64,000 bases of DNA. Origin: Lophium mytilinum. Its lineage: Eukaryota. Below, one piece after another: positions 48,058 to 59,913 of this stretch. The stretch lies in the NCBI GenBank assembly GCA_010093605.1, contig MU004197.1:868001-932000 (forward strand). Direction: 5' to 3'. Position numbers and translations under genes: made by a program. The notes beneath the pieces were generated by a model. The model did not search any database. It had not been told where the DNA came from and was given only the letters and a program-made list of their open reading frames with translations. Numbering within the stretch: the stretch's first letter is position 1; every line of letters begins with the position of its first letter.

Positions 48058-48378
48058 CAAAGATTGCTGAAGGATTGGTCACTTGATGAGTATTGCACGT
48101 GAGATAAAAGATGAGGAAGGAAACCATAGGCTCAGGATCAGGCTCCGTGGGACGTAAGTAGCAGTCTGACAACGCCGTTTGAGGTGGCCCGCAAAGCTAT
48201 CAACTTTGTCAGCATTGTCCTTTTCCAAACTTTTAAAACGTGCCAGAAGACCTCAAGCGGTACTAGACAAGTGGTTAAAAGGCCTAGCGGGTGTGCGTTG
48301 CTTACTGTGCGTCTTCATAGAAATTCATACGTTCGTTTACCATTACGCGAGGAAGTTCATGGCGTTTTGCTGCGTTCT

Positions 48379-48382
<4 letters not shown>

Positions 48383-48410
<28 letters not shown>
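48383..48410. repeat. (GA)14 microsatellite
   Basis: Perfect 28-bp GA run. Confidence 0.97.
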
Positions 48411-48412
<2 letters not shown>

Positions 48413-48942
48413 CGTCATTTTGGGACTCACGAGGCTACTCTAGACGGCGTCAGCAGGGTGTACACAGATAGATTAGAAGTGTATATGCTATCACCGGGTT
48501 TCGTCAGTACGTTGGAGGCCACCAAACAGTGGCAAAGCAGTGTACGGATATCTATGGCAAAGCACTGTACAAGATGTCCTGTACCCGCCGTAGGCCCCAC
48601 CGCTACTCTTTGACAGAGAGGGTATTGCTTACAGTACTCACTATTGCTGCCACTATCTAGGTTGCCTTGAGGAGCTTTCAAAACTCAGTACTTGATGTTA
48701 AGGTCGACGTATTGGTAACGGGTATACTTTTGACTAGCCGACCAGCTGCTAGCTGTATGCCTTACACAAGCATTGAGCTAGCAAAAGGGGAGCCCAAGCT
48801 GTAGTATATCCGGGTGGTTAAGCCATCGGCCTAGTGGGAGAGCTATGAACATTGATAGCGCTTCTCCAGCGTTACCTTCAATGACTATTGCCCATAATCT
48901 CAGCCTCGCCTTCTTCTTTCGTTCAAATTACATTATTTCACG

Positions 48943-50775
48943 CTACCTCCTGCTTCCCACCTCGTTTTCTTCATCGTTGTCCCCTTGACATTCCAGTTCA
49001 ACCCCCTTCTCCCTAGGTGTTGGTACGCCCTGTAATAACATAATTCCCTGCTCCATGATGAACGCAAAGCTATCCGTTCTAGGCTTTTGTCCGGCAAGGC
49101 CTGTCCTCAGTCGCGGAGTCACTGGAATTATTGCGTTGTGAAACCCTAAAGTGGCGTGGCGAAGGGCAGTTGGTGATATGAGCAGCCTGCCCTCCTCGTT
49201 AAGGGACACATATTTGAACTCTGTGGGTGAGGTGATAGGTTCGATGTCAAGGGGGCGCCAGGTTTGGAGATGTTGGAGGTCTGCGGAGGTTAGTGTTGTT
49301 CGAGTCTGCAAACTCGACGAATCGATGTAGAATGTGACGAGAGAATAGTAACGTAGGAGTTGAATATAGTAAGTGAATACAGCAAACGATTTGAATGTAG
49401 GATGTAGGATCAACGTACCACGCAAGAGTTTCGCTCCATCAGGCTCCGTATTGGAAACTCTGTCATCCCAAGTCTCCTTCCGCTTCGTGGCCCAAACCGT
49501 CTTCTTACCGTTCAATTCGAAGCAGACACGGCGGGTCCCCCGCACTTCAATATCCTTAAGGATGTGTACTAGGCCGAGTACTTCTCGTAAGACCAGTGCT
49601 CTTGAACTCCGCTTCACCAAGATGATTTCAAGTAACCTCAACGGTCTTTTCTCGATATCCTCTATGCCGTTCGTGATAGAATCTTCGCCCCTTCTATGAC
49701 TAGTGCTCCTCATATTCTTCAAGCTTTTCGACCGTCTCGGCCGTCCCAGACTGCGACTGGGGCGACTGATAGCCTTCCCTGTCTGCGCTGGCACAACTCT
49801 CATACTCGCAATCGACTGTACGCATTTTTGAATGATCATTGCGTCTTCCACCTCTTCTTTGAGAGACCTCATCTTATATCCGCCGCCACCATGCCCATCG
49901 CTCCCGTCCATCCAATTCAGCTCTTCGCGACCTCTATGAACGGCTGCTTCGGTGCTTGGCACTGGTAAACGTAGGATAAGCCGGGAGACTCGACGAAGAG
50001 ACGACTGAACCAGGGCTGGTGTTTGAGTAATCCAAAACTTGTGCAGCAGTTTGATTTGAAGGTCTATGCAGGATGCGGACGAGTCGTAAATGGCGGCTAC
50101 ATCTATGATGAAGATATTTTTTGAGAAGAAGACGTCGAGGGCTCGGTTCCTAATACTATATGAAACTAGGAAGAGTGGATGATGTACGGACTGCCGAAGT
50201 GTGGTATGGGTGGGATGACTAGGTACTTGCATGACGTTAAGAGAGTCATGGCCGATTGTTATTATTGACGGGACGGTAACCGCATAGCCTATAATCTGGT
50301 TGAGAATGGCAGGTGGCAGACATAGAAGAGAGGACGAAGGATGATCCTCTTGCCTTGGACTGAGGGAACAGGGTGTGCTTGATGTTGTGCAAGTCGTACA
50401 ATTTGTCGCGGAAGACGTAATTGAGTATGTGGTACTCGATACGCTTTTGCTCGAGTAGTCCGAACCTGGCGTGTCGCTGCGCCCGTGGTGGCAGTATTTC
50501 CAGGGCCATCGCAAAAAGCAATGCCTAGTTACCGGATGTGCATGCTGTTTTGCAATGTCCTCAGTGTGCCTCGCGAGAAGGGAATGCGCTTCGCAGGTAC
50601 AGTCTTTGGTCACGCATTTTACTGCACCGCTGCCGTACCCTTGAAAGACTGACTGGTACGGTTTGTGGGGACTCCTCTGTTTGGCATTTTGATCGAATGA
50701 GCTAAAATCGAACTCGAAGTGTGAAGTCGGGAGATCAAGCGTCACTTGTGGAATAAGTTTGTCAGCTTCGGCCAT
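48943..50775 (-). CDS. Hypothetical protein with an F-box-like motif (probable in-frame intron 49418-49281)
   Basis: 610-aa ORF; SSLLCLPPAILNQIIGYAV and HPLFLVSYSIRNRALDVFFSKNIF match fungal F-box-like patterns; 138-nt GTACGT...ACTAAC...GCAG intron. Confidence 0.72.
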   Translation of the reverse strand: MAEADKLIPQVTLDLPTSHFEFDFSSFDQNAKQRSPHKPYQSVFQGYGSGAVKCVTKDCTCEAHSLLARHTEDIAKQHAHPVTRHCFLRWPWKYCHHGRSDTPGSDYSSKSVSSTTYSITSSATNCTTCTTSSTPCSLSPRQEDHPSSSLLCLPPAILNQIIGYAVTVPSIITIGHDSLNVMQVPSHPTHTTLRQSVHHPLFLVSYSIRNRALDVFFSKNIFIIDVAAIYDSSASCIDLQIKLLHKFWITQTPALVQSSLRRVSRLILRLPVPSTEAAVHRGREELNWMDGSDGHGGGGYKMRSLKEEVEDAMIIQKCVQSIASMRVVPAQTGKAISRPSRSLGRPRRSKSLKNMRSTSHRRGEDSITNGIEDIEKRPLRLLEIILVKRSSRALVLREVLGLVHILKDIEVRGTRRVCFELNGKKTVWATKRKETWDDRVSNTEPDGAKLLRGTLILHPTFKSFAVFTYYIQLLRYYSLVTFYIDSSSLQTRTTLTSADLQHLQTWRPLDIEPITSPTEFKYVSLNEEGRLLISPTALRHATLGFHNAIIPVTPRLRTGLAGQKPRTDSFAFIMEQGIMLLQGVPTPREKGVELECQGDNDEENEVGSRR

Positions 50776-52218
50776 GAAATGCTAACTAAAAATGGTTGGC
50801 TGGGCCCCGTAGCGAGTATAAGGAAAGTATAATAGCATAAAGACCCCGAATTACGGTGTGAGAGCTAGTTTGGCGATGATGGAAAAATGAGAAGCTAAAC
50901 AGCTGTAGAATATATGTAGATTGAGGGAAGGTCAAAGATTTACTATTTGGTCAAATTTTCTGCTAGGTATCGGCGGTACGACGACACCAATGTCCTATGC
51001 TGTGTAACAAGAGATTGGCGCTGTAGTAATTGACCCGTAGGAAAGCTCACGCTCTTGTGAGCAACAGGACGTAGGGGATGGCACGTAACTCGTCTGAAGG
51101 ATCCTAGCGACTACATGATATCGCATAGATTTCCTATTTGTCGATCGAATCAGACGATCGAACGAAGATAATCGATACAAGGATTATCTTCCGTTGAGAT
51201 TTGCGAAGGCAAGTGCTAATGCATTGCTTGGCACCCAGGTGTGCAGCAAGGGCTTGGCGGCTAAAGCTAGTGAAGGCCCCCTGGTCCGAACCACAGGAAG
51301 TGGTTCCTCTAGTCGATTATTGCGACATCTAAGTTACCATCAGAAAGGGATTCCGTACTGTAGGACTCTCAAAACGGCGAAGAAATCAGAATGGATGATC
51401 GTCTGGTAGGGCGCCCAACCAAAGATAAAGACATGGCGTAAAAATTATCTATACGACAGAAGCTTCTGGGACATGGTCGTTTGAGAAGCTTGGTACGAGA
51501 TGCATGAATGTGTTGTTCTTTCTCCCCTTCAACGATGTGACAATAAAACAAGGGGGCAATGAGGCGTAGACGACGCGAGGCTTGCTTCAGGCACGAGTCG
51601 TTTCATTGCCCCGTACACTCAGCTTGGGCGATGAGCTTGAACAAATAATTGGCCGTAGTAGAGAGGGAGGCATTCTATCACCTAAACGCTTCCAAGAGGA
51701 TCCAGAGGCTAGTCGGAAGACTGATGAGGAATGAAAGGATCGGAAGAAGTACTAGGTGTGGGGCACAAGTCAAGTGGCGTCGAAATACTTTACGGGGATG
51801 CCACTTTCCTTCTTCATGCCATCAAATTCGAACTTCCAGCCTTCCAACATGGAGAATGTTTAATACTATATGACGGTAATAGATTGTGCATCTTGGATAC
51901 TCGCCTAAGCGCTTTCTGTCTTACCCTTACTCGGCGCAGCCCGCATTCATACCTTGAGTGTAAATTGTGGGTATTGAAGCGGTACAAGCGGTACCGCACA
52001 GTACGCCTAAAAGCCGTCAGCTTATGTGCATCCTCAAATATATAGAAAGGCTGTACCGTCCGTACTAGAACTGAGTTTACTCATTTTGAAATCAGTATAA
52101 ACTCTCTATCTAATCTGAAGGAAAGTCAAGGTCTCAGCCCCTAAGGTATATACCTCAAAGCATATTCAATCCTTGACTATTGGCCAAGATATTCAGACTG
52201 TACCCTACGGACGTCAAG

Positions 52219-53955
52219 ATGAGTAAAACAATTCCCCTTGCTTCCTACCTCTTCACTCGACTCCGCCAGCTCGGCGTGGGCGCTGTGCATGGCGAACCCG
52301 GCGACTATTCCCTCCGTGCTCTGGATTTCATCCGCCCCGCCGGCCTACGCTGGATAGGGAACTGTAACGAACTTAATGCCGGCTACGCCGCTGATGGCTA
52401 TGCAAGAGTAAAGGGCATGTCGGCGCTTTGTACGACGTACGGAGTTGGTGAGCTGTCGGCCATTAACGCTGTCGCCGGCTCTTACGCCGAGTACTCGCCC
52501 GTGGTGCATATTGTCGGTTGCCCTGCGAGGAAGGTATATGCTTCCAATAGGTTGGTGCACCATGCTCTCGAGGTTGGAAATATGCGTGTGTATGCGGATA
52601 TGTATGCAAGGATAACGGCTGCCCAGGCGAATCTCACCGATGCTCGGACTGCTCCTGATATGATTGATCGAGTGTTGGAGGAGTGTCGAGTCCAGAGTCG
52701 GCCTGTGTATATTGAACTACCGTCGGATATGGCAGAGGCACAAGTGGATGGATCAAGATTGAGCGAGCCACTCCACGTCGAGCCTTCTGCAAACGATCAA
52801 GTACTCGAGGGCGCGGTAGTGGAGGATACGCTCAATCGGATATACTCATCTCAGCGTCCGTACATTCTTGTAGACGGTCTCGTCCGCCCGGATGGTATTG
52901 TCGATGAAGTCAACGAGCTTGCTCGCGTGACAGGCTTTCCTACCCTGGCTATCACCTTTGGAGGAGGTATCATCAACGGAAGCTTAGAGAACTACCATGG
53001 TGTGCACGCTGGAAAATTCGGAAGTTTAGACCACACCCCCTACACCGACTCCGCAGACCTCGCGCTCCTATTCGGACCCCTTCTCAGCGACACCAACACT
53101 CAAGGCTGGTCTGCAGTTCCTAAAGAAGACATAACCATTTCCTTCCGCCGCAACTCCATCGACATCGGTGCCACATCCCACGAACTGCAGATCAAGAGCT
53201 TCATGCGATCTCTCCTCTCCAAGCTCGACCCTTCCAAAATCTCTTCCAAAAAGCCAAACCCACCACTAGCTTCTCCCCGGGACCTCCTCAAGAGCCTCTC
53301 CCCGCCCGACCCCTCTGCCCCCATCGACCAAGACACCTTCTACCTCCGCCTCTCCCCCTTCTTCCGCCCCAACGACATCATCATCTGCGCGAACGGCACC
53401 TCCCGCGTCGGCGGCCGCGACTTTATTCTCCCGCCCGGCGCCAAACTCATCAGCTCCGGCGTCTGGTTCTCAATCGGCTACACGCTGCCAGCGGCCCAAG
53501 GGGTCGCCGTCGCGCAGCGCGAGGCTCTCGAAGCGGGGCAGAGCCCTGGCAGGATGATCTTGTTCGAGGGCGACGGAAGTTTCCAGGCTACAGCGCAAGA
53601 GCTCAGCACGATCATACGCTACCGGCTCGACGTGACGATCTTTATTGTGAATAATGACGGGTATACGACGGAGAGACTGATCCATGGGTTACATGAGGAG
53701 TATAATGATCTTGCGCCGTGGCGTTATTTGGAGGCGCCGAGGTTCTTTGGGGCGCCGGAGGATGGGTCGTATGCGGTTGAGACGCATGATGTGAAGAACT
53801 GGGGGCAGTTGCTACAGGTGTTGGAGAGTGAGAGCTTTGGGGATGGGAAGGGGTTGAAGATGGTTAATGTGAGGATGGGGAGGGAGGATGTGACGAAGAA
53901 CTTCAAGGCGGCGTTGGTGTTGGCGGGGGAGCAGTTGTTGGCGGAGTTAAAGTAA
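52219..53955 (+). CDS. ThDP-dependent 2-oxo-acid decarboxylase (pyruvate decarboxylase family), intronless
   Basis: YLFTRLRQLG...PGDY, CNELNAGYAADGYAR, GVGELSAINAVAGSYAE, VHH, and ThDP motif GDGSFQ...NNDGYTTERLIHG. Confidence 0.94.
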   Translation: MSKTIPLASYLFTRLRQLGVGAVHGEPGDYSLRALDFIRPAGLRWIGNCNELNAGYAADGYARVKGMSALCTTYGVGELSAINAVAGSYAEYSPVVHIVGCPARKVYASNRLVHHALEVGNMRVYADMYARITAAQANLTDARTAPDMIDRVLEECRVQSRPVYIELPSDMAEAQVDGSRLSEPLHVEPSANDQVLEGAVVEDTLNRIYSSQRPYILVDGLVRPDGIVDEVNELARVTGFPTLAITFGGGIINGSLENYHGVHAGKFGSLDHTPYTDSADLALLFGPLLSDTNTQGWSAVPKEDITISFRRNSIDIGATSHELQIKSFMRSLLSKLDPSKISSKKPNPPLASPRDLLKSLSPPDPSAPIDQDTFYLRLSPFFRPNDIIICANGTSRVGGRDFILPPGAKLISSGVWFSIGYTLPAAQGVAVAQREALEAGQSPGRMILFEGDGSFQATAQELSTIIRYRLDVTIFIVNNDGYTTERLIHGLHEEYNDLAPWRYLEAPRFFGAPEDGSYAVETHDVKNWGQLLQVLESESFGDGKGLKMVNVRMGREDVTKNFKAALVLAGEQLLAELK

Positions 53956-55847
53956 GAAGACGAAAGCTGTACTAAATGTGCAGATTTGATTACCTCTACT
54001 CCTTCCATCGAGGGCCAGCTGTATTAATTGATCCCACGAACTTGCTATCCAGATCCTGAAGTTGTCGCAGATTCCGTCTCTTTGCATGGAACAAGGTAGC
54101 CGCCCTGGCTGCAGCAACAGTCATCAGTGCTACCACTGAAATGGTAAAAGCTCCCATATTCGTAATTTCGAGTGCACGGAGGGACTGAATTTTTTTTCTT
54201 AAAGCCATTGTCGGCCCCGTAGGTGGATTCGATTCTGCTGAGGCGTCGCAAGTACTGTGGAGTTGTAAGAACCGGATGCAAACACATCATCTTCAAACAA
54301 CAGGCCTTACTGCTCTCCAGGTTCCCACCACGTTGTTCGTCGACATGTCTGGATGTAGGTTTCATAACGCGACAGGAATTCGCGATCATCACAGCGTGGC
54401 GGGGTTCCGTAACATCTAGACAAGATTGGCACGTTAAAACCCATGGTTCTACAATGGAAGCATGTACATGAGCAGGAGTATGTACCCTACTATGGAGCCC
54501 CAAGCGAAGCACGAACAATCGACGTCTTCCGATCTGCAAGACTGTAGCGTAGCTTGATGGGAGGCAATGCAGGAGTCAGATGTTCTACTACGCGTTAGCT
54601 GTGTATGAGTATAGATGAGCGTACACTAGTTCGCACCTGCTTCTTATCTCTAGTGATAGCGATAATCTCGTGAGAAGGAGTATGAAAATCCAATTGAATT
54701 GAAGCATGTTGCGATAGGCGAAAAATTCACTTTGAATCTGAGTCGAATTCTGACCCTTGTTGTTGCTAATTCGCAAGACAGTGCGCTGGGGCAAGCTATT
54801 GACGTCCTTGGCTGTTAAAGGACACTGGGATATAAAAGCAATTTGTCATGGAGCGAGCGCGAGAAGGGCTCAAATTTCTCTCAATGAATGGGGGAGGGAA
54901 AAAAGTGAATGGTAATAGAGGACGGAAAGATTGAAGCGAATCTTCCTGTACGGAAGCACAGTTGAGTCTAAGTGGAGTGAGCTGTTGGCTCTATATCACG
55001 GTGTCTTCCAGACGTCTAGGGCAAGCATCTGTTTATCGGGCTGGCACGAAATTGCGGCGATTTAACTGCCTACCTAGGTAAGGTGTAGGTGGGCTTCTTG
55101 AGGCCATGGCTCGACGAGGTGCGGGGGTCATCAAGTGGTAGGGGGATGTCAGGAACATTGCATACGCTTTACGCCATTCTAAGTGGTCGAAGCTTTCCCA
55201 TGTGCGGCAAAGGCCTTTGAGCCCTGAAAATCAAATTACCACGAGACATAGGAGTCGCGAGGCGTGGTTTCGGGGAGACAATGCTGAGCCAGGAAGAGGA
55301 CAGCTATTCGCGGCTTACTGGAATGCGCAGCCACAGGTAAGTTTTGCATGCCCGGACATTAAAAAGAGCACTTGAATGTGAATGCCCCTAAGAACAGGGC
55401 GGACTTACAGTACAAGGGAGGACAGGTTTGCTCGGTCCCCGTAATTCATTCACGAGCCATAGTTCCCAAGGCTCGGGGTTCTACCCTGGAGTAGAATGTA
55501 GGGCACTCTTCTTGTAATTATAGGCTGCGAAATGTTGTCAAAGCCGCAGTTGGAGCTCAGCAAGAGGGCGGCCTTGACCTCATCCTCGGTGGCCGTGCAT
55601 TCTCGTGAGAAAAGACTGACTCTCGTCGATCTTCTATTGAAGCATGCAGTAGCACAGTAGAATACTGTAGACAAGAACCGCGTCAAGCGTGCTTCGAAGC
55701 AAACGAGGTGAGCTAGCATCTGACGACCTCAGGAGACTAAAGTATGCTCGCACAGTAGGTGGAGTCTTGTCATGTCGCTCGTCTGGGTGCGTTGATCCTT
55801 GAGTCTCTCCAAATTCTTGTCTGCCTCCAAACTAGACGGAGGGCCTG

Positions 55848-55915
55848 GCCTGATCCGCCTGATCTGGAGGCGGATAAGGCAAAAAGGCCCGGAGAAAAAG
55901 GCCCGGATAAGGCAA
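55848..55915. promoter_or_regulatory. Clustered CGGATAA/CGGAGAA motifs with an inverted repeat, upstream of the Zn2Cys6 gene
   Basis: GCCTGATCCGCCT-N7-AGGCGGATAAGGC (12/13 inverted); CGGATAAGGCAA twice; AAAAAGGCCCGGA twice. Regulatory role is inferred. Confidence 0.4.
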
Positions 55916-56500
55916 CAAGATGGAGAAATGGAGAATGTGCCAGCAGGGCCCAGCACGTGCTAGAGCGGCATTAGGTCATCCACGTGAAGCTTATCAAAGA
56001 GACGCTAGAATTTTCGACGATGGAAATTTGGCTGGTTGACCAATGATGGCACTGCGTCTGGTGGTTTGATCGATGCGAGACAGCTCGACTTTTCCGGAGG
56101 CTATCGATGCGATCGGCAAAAGTGACGCAGAAGCGATGTGTAGATATGCAATAAAATGCTTGATGCGCCCGCCGTGAGTTTGGTTGTCTTTGCAGCAGCT
56201 ACGAAGTTGCACAAAGGGGTGCCACTCTATTCCAAGGTTTCCTCTCAGCCTTACCGGCAGTCGGCCTTTGCATGTCCGTAGCTAAGCCGCTAGAAAGATC
56301 CTCGCCCCTCGCCCTGCCACATGCCGAGGCTCGTGACGCTTCTTGCATGACCCGTCCGTGTGGTGACTTTCGAGTCCTCTTGTCATCATTGTCGAAACAG
56401 TGCCGTGGTCAAATAAGCCGTCGTTACGCTTTCATAACACCACTTCGCCCTGCTAGTCACTAGAACGAACTAAGGCAGTCTCAGGGGGAGTGCTTCATTC

Positions 56501-59149
56501 ATGGCTGACTCCGCCTCTCCCACGCACAGTTCAACAACCTCAACGCCGTCTGGAAAGGTCCACACCGGCCGACAACGGACCATCGCGTCGTGCTTGACTT
56601 GTCGAAGACGCAAGGTTCGCTGCGACCATGGTCATCCCATCTGCGGAGCTTGTCAGCGTGGCAATCATATATGCACATATGCCACTGAGCAAGCGGCTCT
56701 CCATCACCAGTCCTCCACGGGAGTGGGGAAGGTATCCAAGCTCTCACCTCCAGCATCATCTAAGCTCGCGCGGAATTCCGATGTTCAAGCCCGACTAGAT
56801 AGACTAGAGGCTCTCCTCGAGAAGGCTGTCACTGGGAGCCAGAATGGGCAGAAAGTCCCATGTAGATCGGACCCCGAGTCTCCTCATGACCGACACCCCG
56901 ATCGTGACCCTCATCCCGGCCTTACCCCGTCTTCTAACAGCGGGAGCATTCATGGTGCCGGAATTTCGTCTGATGGCCATGATGGCACTTTGCTCCTCGA
57001 GGACGGACAATCACAGTTCGTCTCGTCTCTGCATTGGGCTCTATTAGCGGATGAGGTGAGCTACGGCTTTGTCCTATAAAGCCATTTCTATACATTTGTC
57101 AAATTCAGTCTCGCTCTAGTCAAAACAAGAAAACAGCGCTTCACGTCTTAGCTTCTAGCGACATAGATCTCTGTGTTTCACAATACTCCCTCACTGACAC
57201 TCTCCAGATACAAGACATCAAAGCCCTCCTTGGAGACGGATCTGAGCAAGAGACGGCGAACAAGCACCGCCGGCCTACCCAGACATCTTTAGGGACGCTG
57301 TTCGCTTTAGGAAGCGGCACTCACGGAATTGATTTAACCAACTTCTTACCAGATTCACAGGAGCACTGCGAGTCCCTTCTCGACACCTTCTTTACCAATG
57401 TTGACCCTATGACAAGAGTAATCCATAAGCCGACTTTGCTGCGTCAGTTCAATCATCACGTCCGTGATGCCACTCCGCTTGCGTTTGCAATCTTCTTCTC
57501 CGCTACCAACAGCATGAATTCGGCAGCCGTGAAAGAAAAGTACGGTGTTAAGAGGGATCTCTTAATGGAGCGCTTTGAGCAAGGCCTCGAAGTGAGTCTC
57601 GCACGGGATAATTTCCTGACTAGTGCTAGCCTAGAAGTACTGCAAGGATTTGTCCTATGGCTTGTAAGTGCCCCTGATGCCAAGCTGATGTAGTCTTATG
57701 CTCACAGATTAGACTTGTATTACGAAAGAAGATGATATGAGTAAAGCGTGGACGTTGCTGGGGCTTGCGATTAGAATCGGATTAAATCAAGGCCTGCACA
57801 GGGATCCATCACTATTCCCGGCTGGTTCCATGGACACTGTCACCATAGAAGTCCGCCGACGGCTCTGGCATCAGATATGCCACCTTGAATTTCGTGCCGC
57901 CGAGTGCAAAGGACAAGAGCCTACAGTTTCCGATGACGACTTCACTACCATGATGCCCCGAAATGTGAATGACGAGGACTTAGAAGAAGGCAGTAGTCCA
58001 GGAACCGCCCCTTACGATAGAAGCGCATTCACCGACATGGCCTTCCAGCTTGTTCGTTTCACTGGCATGCGCTGCATGAGACGAATCATCCAGAGTACGT
58101 ATCGACTTGAACGCAGGATTCTGTGGTCCGGATTACGAGGACACTCTGCTCCAGATCCAGTGCTGGAGCTTCAGATTCTATACAAAGAAATCAAGACATT
58201 GGTAGATGAGATGATTGAAGAGAATCGCACCAAATACCTGCAGTATTGCGATATCAACGTCCCAATGCAACGGCTTTGCTTAGGCCTTGCGTCCCTAATT
58301 GAGTGGAGACCTTGGGTGTTGTTCTGGCTGAGAATACCTAGAGCCTATCGAGACTCTGTTTTCTCTATAGAGATTCGGAGAACGTAAGTTTCGCTTGTTT
58401 CTTTGTCATGATACTATTGCGCTGGTATCAACGTGTCGAACGGCGTCCCTTTACTCTAGCCCCTTTTTTTCTTGGCTGTTGCCATAAGCTGACTTGGAGC
58501 TAACTAGAATCTTCTTCAAATCCGTGAATCTCATCGAGACCATCAACGGCGCAACAGCTGACGCTGACGCGGAACGATTCCATTGGCACATTGGTGGCCA
58601 TGCATCCTTCCAAGCAATCATGCATGTTCTCTCAGAATTGCGCAACCCGGAATTCGAGACTCCAGATCGACTGCGAGCTTTGCGGGCTCTCCAAATCACG
58701 AGGACGCTCAAGGAGGGGCTCACCAGCAAACCCTGGCTAGTAGTCAAATCCATGATTGACAAAGTGATTTCAGACCACTTAGCCACCCAATTAAATCGTC
58801 CACAAACTACGCCTACTTCTTCCACACCATATTCGACCAGCGAACCAATGGATTTGTCAAAGCAGCTAGCCGAAGTAAATATGGGAACAGGGCCACCTTT
58901 CTACGTCGACGAAAACCCTTCTTACACCCTCCCTGAGCCCACCAGGGCTCCTGGACTATCTGGCCAGGTTGATTTCCCACAAATGAACCTCAACAACATG
59001 GTAGGAATGGACCTACAAGACGTTTCCATGGATTTTGACTGGGTAGGTAGCTGTCTGTATATTCGTAGCTGGCGCGGAGTCCGCTAACAGTAACGTAGGG
59101 ATTCTGGGGGGATCCTGTGGATCTCGCAACCGTCGACTACACTTCATGA
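56501..59149 (+). CDS. Zn(II)2Cys6 transcription factor with fungal-specific TF domain; 5 exons
   Basis: CLTCRRRKVRCDHGHPICGACQRGNHIC; NVDPMTRVIHKPT; AWTLLGLAIRIGLNQGLHRDP...EVRRRLWHQI; final exon DFDW|GFWGDPVDLATVDYTS*. Confidence 0.94.
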
Positions 59150-59913
59150 CGCTTTTTCGGTAGCGTACATTCTATAAGAACTCTACCCCATCATGCTTGA
59201 CAGTGCTGGGTCCGGAAGCCGTTGTTGGAGGGCAGGCAGGAAACGCGACGTCCTGCCAAGCGGGCTCCAAGAATTGCCGCAATCGTGTGTCCGTCCCTGT
59301 CTTCAATATGCAACAAGCTTCACATCAGCTTCGGGAGTGCAGACGACACGTATGACGACAACGCCGAGTCACTGCGAGCCAGACTTCGACACAAGGCTAT
59401 CGAAAGATTTCTTCGCCAAGGGCCGAGCAAAAGCTACAGTCAAATAAGGCGGTGCTTCGATCCCTACGAGCCTTCTTGAACTGTGCTTTACTGTACAGTT
59501 CCAAGGACCAGGGAGCCCGTGATCGAATTGGGCGAGGATGGGCAGCCCTGACATGCCATAAGCAGTCATACTCCATAGCGTTTTCATGTATACCGTTTTA
59601 GATTCTTTGTGCAATATTGTCTACATAGAGCTTGAGAACCACCCCGTTTGCCCACGATGCGTGCTTCTCTAGAGGCGTTTCAGGGATAGAAGATACCAAT
59701 GCTAGGAATGCTTATAAAGTCATCAAAAGGGGCCCTCTGCGTGCCAAAATAAACCACCCTCTTGGTTTGACTTACATATTAGGCTGAGATCGTGAACTCT
59801 AATATGTATCCAATGTGGACGTGATGTGAATTTTGATAGAGTATGTTTGAATCAATCTAAAGGGTAGTCAAGTATATCCAGCGCTCTAGAGCATGACCAG
59901 CACAAAAATGCTC

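Noticed and set aside
55868..55913. Similarity of GGCCCGGATAAGGC to enterobacterial REP palindromes
   Set aside because: The match is short and lies in clearly fungal context with no other bacterial signal; coincidence.
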